From Antedon mediterranea (taxonomy: Eukaryota > Animalia > Echinodermata): a stretch of 64,000 nt of DNA. The notes below the pieces were generated by a model, which saw nothing but the letters and a program-made list of their open reading frames with translations, was not told where the DNA came from and made no database searches. The stretch covers positions 20,234,101-20,298,100 of the forward strand of contig NC_092677.1 of assembly GCF_964355755.1 (NCBI RefSeq), given 5' to 3'. A program made the position numbers and the translations under genes. Positions within the stretch are counted from its first letter, which is position 1; each line of letters begins with the position of its first letter. Positions 16,127 to 25,502 of the stretch are shown piece by piece.

Positions 16127-16163
16127 ACTTTTTGTCCAAAATTCGCAATATGACGTGAGTGTG
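16127..16163 (-). other. Right end: heptamer CACACTC + 21-bp spacer + nonamer ACAAAAAGT
   Basis: Reverse complement reads CACACTC ACGTCATATTGCGAATTTTGG ACAAAAAGT. Confidence 0.7.
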
Positions 16164-16242
16164 CTCTCTCGCTGATCTATCTCTCTCTCGCTGATCTATC
16201 TATCTCTCTTTCGCTGATCTATCTCTCCCTCTCGATGATCTA

Positions 16243-16299
<57 letters not shown>

Positions 16300-18434
16300 T
16301 CTATCTATCTCTCTCTCGCTGATCTATTTCTCTCTCTCTCGCTGATGATCTATCTCTCTCTCGCTGATCTATCTCCCTCTCTCGCTGATCTATCTCTCTC
16401 TCGCTGATCTATCTCTCTCTCTCGCTGATCTATCTCTCTCTCGCTGATCTATCTCTCTCTCTCGCTGATCTATCTCTCTCGCTGATCTATCTATATCTCT
16501 CTCGTTGATCTATCTATCTTTTTCTCGCTGATCTATCTATCTCTCTCTCGCTGATCTATGTCTCTCTCGCTGATCTATCTCTCTCTCGCTGATCTATCTC
16601 TCTCTCGCAGATCTATCTATCTCTCTCTCGCTCATCTATCTCTCTCTCGCTCATCTATCGATCTCTCTCTCGCTAATCTATCTCTCTCTCTCTCGCTGAT
16701 CTATCTATCTCTCTCTCGCTGATCTATCTCTCTCTCGCTGATCTCTCTCTCTCTCTCTCTCGTTGATCTATCTCTCTCTCGCTGATCTATCTCTCTCTCT
16801 CGCTGATCTATCTCCCTCTCGCTGATCTATCTCTGTCTCTCGCTGATCTATCTCTCTCTCGCTGATCTATCTCTCTCTCGCTGATCTATATCTCTCTCGC
16901 TGATCTATCTCTCTCGCTGATCTATCTCTCTCTCGCTGATCTATCTCTCTCTCTCTCTCGCTGATCTATCTCTCTCTCTCTCGCTTATCTATCTCTCTCT
17001 CGCTGATCTATCTCTCTCGCTGATCTATCTCTCTCTCTCTCGCTGACCTATCTCTCTCTCGCTGATCTATCTATCTCTCTCTCGCTGATCTATCTATCTC
17101 TCTCTCGCTGATCTTTCTCTCTCTCGCTGATCTATCTCTCTCTCGCTGATTTATCTATCTCTCTCTCGCTGATCTATCTCTCTCGCTGATCTATCTCTCT
17201 CTCGCTGATCTATCTCTATCTCGCTGATCTATCTCTCTCTCGCTGATCTATCTCTCTCTCTCTCACTTATCTATCTCTCTCTCTCTCGCCGATCTATCTA
17301 TCTCTTTCTCGCAGATCTATCTATCTCTCTCTCGCTGATCTATCTCTCTCTCTCTCGCTGATCTATCTATCTCTCTCTCTCGCTGATCTATCTATCTCTC
17401 TCTCTCTCTCGCTGATCTATCTATCTCTCTCTCGCTTATCTATCTCTCTCTCGCTGATCTATCTCTCTCTCTCTCTCTCGCTGATCTATCTCTCTCTCGC
17501 TGATCTATCTCTCTCTCGCTGATCTATCTATCTCTCTTTCGCTGATCTATCTCTCTCTCGCTGATATATCTATCTCTCTCTCGCTGATTTATCTATCTCT
17601 CTCTCGCTGATCTATCTCTCTCGCTGATGTATCTCTCTCTCTCGCTGATCTATCTCTCTCTCGCTGATCTATCTCTCTCTCGCTGATCTATCTCTCTCTC
17701 GCTGATCTATATATCTCTCTCTCTCGCTCATCTATCTCTCTCTCGCTCATCTATCTATCTCCCTCTCGCTAATCTATCTCTCTCTCGCTGATCTATCTAT
17801 CTCTCTCTCGCTGATCTATCTCTCTCTCGCTGATCTATCTCTCTCTCGTTGATCTATCTCTCTCTCGCTGATCTATCTCTCTCTCTCGCTGATCTATCTC
17901 TCTCTCTCGCTGATCTATCTCTCTCTCTCTCTCTCTCTCGCTGATCTATCTCTCTCTCGCTGATCTATCTCTCTCTCGCTGATCTATCTCTCTCTCTCGC
18001 TGATCTATCTATCTCTCTCGCTGATCTATCTATCTCTCTCTCGCTGATCTTTCTGTCTCTCGCTGATCTATCTCTCTCGCTGATCTATCTCCCTCTCTCG
18101 CTGATCTATCTCTCTCTCGCTGATCTATCTCTCTCTCTCGCTGATCTATCTCTCTCACTGATCTATCTATATCTCACTCGTTGATCTATCTATCTTTTTC
18201 TCGCTGATCTATCTATCTCTCTCTCGCTGATCTATCTATCTCTCTCTCGCTGATCTATGTCTCTCTCGCTGATCTATCTCTCTCTCGCTGATCTATCTCT
18301 CTCTCGCAGATCTATCTATCTCTCTCTCGCTCATCTATCTCTCTCTCGCTCATCTATCGATCTCTCTCTCGCTAATCTATCTCTCTCTCGCTGATCTATC
18401 TATCTCTCTCTCGCTGATCTATCTCTCTCTCGCT

Positions 18435-18471
<37 letters not shown>

Positions 18472-19988
18472 GATCTATCTCTCTCTCGCTGATCTATCTC
18501 TCTCTCTCGCTGATCTATCTCTCTCTCGCTGATCTATCTCTCTCTCTCGCTGATCTATCTCTCTCTCGCTGATCTATCTCTCTCTCGCTGATCTATATCT
18601 CTCTCGCTGATCTATCTCTCTCGCTGATCTATCTCTCTCTCGCTGATCTACCTCTCTCTCTCTGTCGCTGATCTATCTCTCTCTCTCGCTGATCTATCTC
18701 TCTCTCGCTGATCTATCTCTCTCGCTGATCTATCTCTCTCTCTCTCTCGCTGACCTATCTCTCTCTCTGATCTATCTATCTCTCTCTCGCTGATCTATCT
18801 ATCTCTCTCTCGCTGATCTTTCTCTCTCTCGCTGATCTATCTCTCTCTCGCTGATTTATCTATCTCTCTCTCGCTGATCTATCTCTCTCGCTGATCTATC
18901 TCTCTCTCGCTGATCTATCTCTATCTCGCTGATCTATCTCTCTCTCGCTGATCTATCTCTCTCTCTCTCGCTTATCTATCTCTCTCTCTCTCGCCGATCT
19001 ATCTATCTCTTTCTCGCTGATCTATCTATCTCTCTCTCGCTGATCTATCTATCTCTCTCTCGCTGATCTATCTATCTCTCTCTCTCGCTGATCTATCTAT
19101 CTCTCTCTCTCTCTCTCTCGCTGATCTATCTATCTCTCTCTCGCTTATCTATCTCTCTCTCGCTGATCTATCTCTCTCGCTGATGTATCTCTCTCTCTCG
19201 CTGATCTATCTCTCTCTCGCTGATCTATCTCTCTCTCGCTGATCTATCTCTCTCTCGCTGATCTATATATCTCTCTCTCTCGCTCATCTATCTCTCTCTC
19301 GCTCATCTATCTATCTCCCTCTCGCTAATCTATCTCTCTCTCGCTGATCTATCTATCTCTCTCTCGCTGATCTATCTCTCTCTCGCTGATCTATCTCTCT
19401 CTCGTTGATCTATCTCTCTCTCGCTGATCTATCTCTCTCTCTCGCTGATCTATCTCTCTCTCTCGCTGATCTATCTCTCTCTCTCTCTCTCTCGCTGATC
19501 TATCTCTCTCTCGCTGATCTATCTCTCTCTCGCTGATCTATCTCTCTCTCTCGCTGATCTATCTATCTCTCTCGCTGATCTATCTATCTCTCTCTCGCTG
19601 ATCTTTCTGTCTCTCGCTGATCTATCTCTCTCGCTGATCTATCTCCCTCTCTCGCTGATCTATCTCTCTCTCGCTGATCTATCTCTCTCTCTCGCTGATC
19701 TATCTCTCTCACTGATCTATCTATATCTCACTCGTTGATCTATCTATCTTTTTCTCGCTGATCTATCTATCTCTCTCTCGCTGATCTATCTATCTCTCTC
19801 TCGCTGATCTATGTCTCTCTCGCTGATCTATCTCTCTCTCGCTGATCTATCTCTCTCTCGCAGATCTATCTATCTCTCTCTCGCTCATCTATCTCTCTCT
19901 CGCTCATCTATCGATCTCTCTCTCGCTAATCTATCTCTCTCTCGCTGATCTATCTATCTCTCTCTCGCTGATCTATCTCTCTCTCGCT

Positions 19989-20027
<39 letters not shown>

Positions 20028-23000
20028 GATCTATCTCTCTCTCGCTGATCTATCTCTCTCTCTCGCTGATCTATCTCTCTCTCGCTGATCTATCTCTCTC
20101 TCTCGCTGATCTATCTCTCTCTCGCTGATCTATCTCTCTCTCGCTGATCTATATCTCTCTCGCTGATCTATCTCTCTCGCTGATCTATCTCTCTCTCGCT
20201 GATCTACCTCTCTCTCTCTCTCGCTGATCTATCTCTCTCTCTCGCTGATCTATCTCTCTCTCGCTGATCTATCTCTCTCGCTGATCTATCTCTCTCTCTC
20301 TCTCGCTGACCTATCTCTCTCTCTGATCTATCTATCTCTCTCTCGCTGATCTATCTATCTCTCTCTCGCTGATCTTTCTCTCTCTCGCTGATCTATCTCT
20401 CTCTCGCTGATTTATCTATCTCTCTCTCGCTGATCTATCTCTCTCGCTGATCTATCTCTCTCTCGCTGATCTATCTCTATCTCGCTGATCTATCTCTCTC
20501 TCGCTGATCTATCTCTCTCTCTCTCGCTTATCTATCTCTCTCTCTCTCGCCGATCTATCTATCTCTTTCTCGCTGATCTATCTATCTCTCTCTCGCTGAT
20601 CTATCTATCTCTCTCTCGCTGATCTATCTATCTCTCTCTCTCGCTGATCTATCTAATCTCTCTCTCTCTCTCTCTCGCTGATCTATCTATCTCTCTCTCG
20701 CTTATCTATCTCTCTCTCGCTGATCTATCTCTCTCTCTCTCTCGCTGATCTATCTCTCTCTCGCATATCTATCTCTCTCTCGCTGATCTCTCTATCTCTC
20801 TTTCGCTGATCTATCTCTCTCTCGCTGATCTATCTATCTCTCTCTCGCTGATTTATCTATCTCTCTCTCGCTGATCTATCTCTCTCGCTGATGTATCTCT
20901 CTCTCTCGCTGATCTATCTCTCTCTCGCTGATCTATCTCTCTCTCGCTGATCTATATATCTCTCTCTCGCTCATCTATCTCTCTCTCGCTGATCTATCTA
21001 TCTCCCTCTCGCTAATCTATCTCTCTCTCGCTGATCTATCTATCTCTCTCTCGCTGATCTATCTCTCTCTCGCTGATCTATCTCTCTCTCGTTGATCTAT
21101 CTCTCTCTCGCTGATCTATCTCTCTCTCTCGCTGATCTATCTCTCTCTCTCGCTGATCTATCTCTCTCTCTCTCTCTCTCTCGCTGATCTATCTCTCTCG
21201 CTGATCTATCTCTCTCTCGCTGATCTATCTCTCTCTCTCGCTGATCTATCTCTCTCTCGCTGATCTATCTCTCTCTCTCTCTCTCGCTGACCTATCTCTC
21301 TCTCGCTGATCTATCTATCTCTCTCGCTGATCTATCTATCTCTCTCTCGCTGATCTTTCTGTCTCTCGCTGATCTATCTCTCTCGCTGATCTATCTCCCT
21401 CTCTCGCTGATCTATCTCTTTCTCGCTGATCTATCTCTCTCTCTCGCTGATCTATCTCTCTCTCTGATCTATCTCTCTCTCTCGCTGATCTATCTCTCTC
21501 TCGCTGATCTATCTATCTCTCTCTCTCGTTGATCTATCTATCTCTCTCTCGCTGATCTATCTCTCTCTCGCTGATCTATCTCTCTCTCGCTGATCTATCT
21601 CTCTCTTGCTGAACTATCTCTCTCTCTCGCTGATCTATCTCTCTCTCGCTGATCTATCTCTCTCTCTCTCTCGCTTATCTATCTCTCTCTCTCTCGCCGA
21701 TCTATCTATCTCTTTCTCGCTGATCTATCTATCTCTCTCTCGCTGATCTATCTATCTCTCTCTCGCTGATCTATCTATCTCTCTCTCTCGCTGATCTATC
21801 TATCTCTCTCTCTCGCTGATCTATCTATCTCTCTCTCGCTGATCTATCTCTCTCTCTCGCTTATCTATCTCTCTCTCGCTGATCTATCTCTCTCTCGCTG
21901 ATCTATCTCTCTCTCGCTGATCTCTCTCTCTCTCTCTCTCGCTGATCTATCTCTCTCTCTCACTGATCTTTCTCTCTCTCTCGCTGATCTATCTATCTCT
22001 CTCTCGCTGAACTATCTATCTCTCTCTCTCTCGCTGATCTATCTATCTCTCTCTCCCTGATCTCTCTATCTCTCATTCGCTGATCTATCTCTCTCTCTCG
22101 CTAATCTATATATCTCTCTCTCGCTGATCTATCTCTCTCTCGCTGATCTATCTATCTCTCTCTCGCTGATCTATCTCTCTCTCGCTGATCTATCTATCTC
22201 TCTCGCTGATCTATCTCTCTCTCGCTGATCTATCTATCTCTCTCTCGCTGATCTATCTATCTCTCTCTCGCTGATCTTTCTCTCTCTCGCTGATCTATCT
22301 ATCTCTCTCTCGCTGATCTATCTCTCTCTCTCTCTCGCTGATCTATCTCTCTCTCTCTCTCTCGCTTATCTATCTATCTCTCTCTCGCTGATCTATCTCT
22401 CTCTCGCTGATCTATCTATCTCTCTTTCGCTGATCTATCTCTCCCTCTCGATGATCTATCTCTCTCTCTTTCTCTCTCTCTCTCTCGCTGATCTATCTCT
22501 CTCTCTCTCGCTGATTTATTTATCTCTCTCTCGCTGATCTATCTCTCTCGCTGATGTATCTCTCTCTCTCTCTCGCTGATCTATCTCTCTCTCGCTGATC
22601 TATCTCTCTCTCGCTGATCTATATATCTCTCTCTCGCTCATCTATCTCTCTCTCGCTCATCTATCTATCTCCCTCTCGCTAATCTATCTCTCTCTCGCTG
22701 ATCTATCTATCTCTCTCTCTCGCTGATCTATCTCTCTCTCGCTGATCTATCTCTCTCTCGTTGATCTATCTCTCTCTCGCTGATCTATCTCTCTCTCTCG
22801 CTGATCTATCTCTCTCTCTCGCTGATCTATCTCTCTCTCTCTCTCTCTCTCGCGGATCTATCTCTCTCTTTCTCTCGCTGATTTATCTCTCTCTCGCTGA
22901 TCTATCTCTCTCTCGCTGATCTATCTCTCTCTCGCTGATCTATCTCTCTCTCTCGCTGATCTATCTCTCTCTCTCGCTGATCTATCTCTCTCTCGCTGAT

Positions 23001-24277
23001 CTATCTCTCTCTCGCTGATCTATCTCTCTCTCGCTGATCTATCTCTCTCTCGCTGATCTATCTCTTTCTCTCTCGCTGATCTATTTCTCTCTCTCTCTCT
23101 CTCGCTGATCTATCTATCTCTCGCTGATATATCTCTCTCTCACTGATCTATCTCTCTCTCGCTGATCTATCTCTCTCTCTCGCTGATCTATCTCTCTCTC
23201 TCTCGCTGATCTATCTCTCTCTCGCTGATCTATCTCTCTCTCTCTCGCTGATCTATCTCTCTCTCTCGCTGATCTATCTCTCTCACTCGCTGATCTATCT
23301 CTCTCTCGCTGATCTATCTATCTCTCTCTCGCTGATCTATCTCTCTCTCTCGCTGATCTATCTCTCTCTCGCTGATCTATCTCTCTCGCTGATCTATATC
23401 TCTCTCACTGATCTATCTCTCTCGCTTATCTATCTCTCTCTCGCTGATCTATATCTCTCTCGCTGATCTATCTCTCTCGCTGATCTATCTCTCTCTCGCT
23501 GATCTATCTCTCTCTCGCTGATCTACCTCTCTCTCTCGCTGATCTATCTATCTCTCTCGTTGATCTATCTATCTCCCTCTCGCTAATCTATCTATCTCTC
23601 TCTCGCTGATCTATTTCTCTCTCGCTGATCTATCTCTCTCTCTCGCTGATCTATCTCTCTCTCTCGCTGATCTATCTCTCTATCGCTGATCTATCTCTCT
23701 CTCTCACTGATCTATCTCTCTCTCGCTGATCTATCTCTCTCTCGTTGATCTATCTCTCTCTCGCTGATCTATCTCTCTCGCTGATCTATCTCTCTCTCGC
23801 TGATCTATCTCTCTCTCGCTGATATATCTCTCTCTCGCTGATCTATCTCTCTCTCTCGCTGATCTGTCTTTCTCTCTCGCTGATCTATCTCTCTCTCTCG
23901 CTGATCTATCTCTCTCTCTCTCTCTCGCTGATTTATCTCTCTCTCGCTGATCTATCTCTCTCTCGCTGATCTATCTCTCTCTCGCTGATCTATCTCTCTA
24001 TCTCGCTGATCTATCCCTCTCTCGCTGATCTATCTCTCTCTCGCTGATCTATCTCTCTCTCGCTGATCTATCTCTCTCTCGCTGATCTATCTCTCTCTCG
24101 CTGATCTATCTCTCTCTCGCTGATCTATCCCTCTCTCGCTGATCTATCTCTCTCGCTGATCTATCTCTCTCTCGCTGATCTATCTCTCTCTCGCTGATCT
24201 ATCTCTCTCTCGCTGATCTATCTCTCTCTCGCTGATCTATCTGTCTCTCGCTGATCTATCTCTCTCTCGCTGATCTA
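16164..24277 (+). repeat. (CT)n-CGCTGATCTAT minisatellite, block 3
   Basis: Continuation of block 2 after the insertion; internal ~1554-bp duplication (ATCTCACTCGTTG at 18171 and 19725). Confidence 0.97.
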
Positions 24278-24735
24278 TAACTAGTTATGTCAAAAAAATA
24301 AAAGGGTCGAAATTTGGCCATTTTCCGAAATTTTTTTCAAAAAATAACCAAATTGTCTACCATTTAAAATTCAATAATTAGGCTATAATATATCCATTTA
24401 TGCACATATATTTTGTTAACATGATCTTATAGAGCCATAGTAAGTAGTTATGTCAAAAAATAAAAGGGTCGAAATTTGGCCATTTTTCGAAAATTTTCCT
24501 TTGGGGGACCACAGGATTTTTTCGAAAAATTGACAACATTTCCACTTTTTAAAATTCGAAAATTATGCTATAATATTGTAATTTATACAAATATATTGTG
24601 CTAACATCATCTTATAGAGAAATAGCAGCTAGTTATGTCAACAAAAAAAAAGGGTCGAAAGATGGCTAAAATTCCCACTTTTTAAAATTCAATAATTATG
24701 CTATAATATTGCTATTTATGCACATATATTGTGCT
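24278..24735 (-). repeat. ~186-bp satellite, inverted, ~2.5-3 units
   Basis: TAACTAGTTATGTCAAAAAAATAAAAGGGTCGAAA and CATCATCTTATAGAG are reverse complements of the 2878-5569 monomer. Confidence 0.93.
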
Positions 24736-24745
24736 AATCTATTTC

Positions 24746-25177
24746 AAATGTTCTATATTTGATCTATTTCACTCTCCATTACCCCCATACAAAAATCATC
24801 GGAGACAAATTATCTGTTTAAAACATGTTTATTCTGGGACGGTGTGGCCATACACACCAACTACCATCCATAAATGTTTATTCATAACATATTACAATAC
24901 AATATCTTGCATGAATCGGACATTTCACTACCAATGTAGCAACATTGATAAACAAAATCAAAATTCAACAGTGTGGCGTGTTGACCGTGAATTACTAACA
25001 ATACCATCTTTCCCAATACACCTGCAAAAACTCATTTGCATAATTACAAACAGCATACCAAACTACGGTGAGACATACATTCTCTTCTAAACACGTAACG
25101 AAGATAAATTAATTTCTTTTTACATTAAATTTAGGGCGCTAAACATAAAATTTACGAGATCAAATACATGTAGCGAA
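24746..25177 (+). repeat. Dispersed ~430-bp repeat 'X' of unknown class
   Basis: Near-identical reverse-complement copy at 61690-62122. Confidence 0.88.
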
Positions 25178-25193
25178 AGCCCAAAAAAAATTT

Positions 25194-25441
25194 AAAAATG
25201 TGCTCTCCCTACCTCAGCACTAAGGTCCTGTCACGACCTTTGGGTCGCTTCCACCACATCATCACCATATGCATTGCCAGTGCCTTCTCAAGATGTGTGC
25301 TGGAAAGGGGGACGTAAATTCTGTAAACCCCAAACACAGTTGCTCGCATACCTTTAACTCTATTCCACCGACCAGCGTGGGAATCGAACCCATGACATAC
25401 GTGTTGTCAACACGACGCTCAGTCGTCTGAGCTAACTGGCC
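25194..25441 (-). ncRNA. tRNA-headed Pol III unit (~245 nt): SINE-like element or ncRNA gene
   Basis: Head (25370-25441) GGCCAGTTAGCTCAGACGACTGAGCGTCGTGTTGACAACACGTATGTCATGGGTTCGATTCCCACGCTGGTC has A/B boxes and resembles tRNA-Ile. A GC-richer 175-nt body follows, and the first T5 run is at 25198-25194. Confidence 0.6.
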
Positions 25442-25502
25442 ATTTTGGTTTTAAAAAGGTTAATATGATATTTATGACGTAATGATGAATTACGTAATAC
25501 AC

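Larger units (their letters stand above)
14008..16163. mobile_element. Non-autonomous DNA transposon with CAC...GTG termini and asymmetric RSS-like ends (Chapaev/CMC or Transib/RAG-like)
   Basis: 2156 bp of unique AT-rich DNA splits one minisatellite unit cleanly. It starts CACATTCA and ends TGAGTGTG, both ends carry inverted GACAAAAAGT, and the flanks CTCT/CTCT fit an even-length (2/4/6 bp) TSD. No long ORF. Confidence 0.8.

Noticed and set aside
14008-16163. True V(D)J RSS pair or antigen-receptor locus
   Set aside because: Flanks are minisatellite, not V/J segments; heptamers deviate from CACAGTG; no RAG or transposase ORF in the window.
24731-25090. 119-aa ORF over repeat X
   Set aside because: GTG start inside satellite, no recognisable domain, and no matching ORF listed for the second X copy.
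25225-25270. Hammerhead ribozyme in the tRNA-headed unit
   Set aside because: Core would need CTGANGA and GAAA; the sequence has GTGATGA and GAAG without the required stems.
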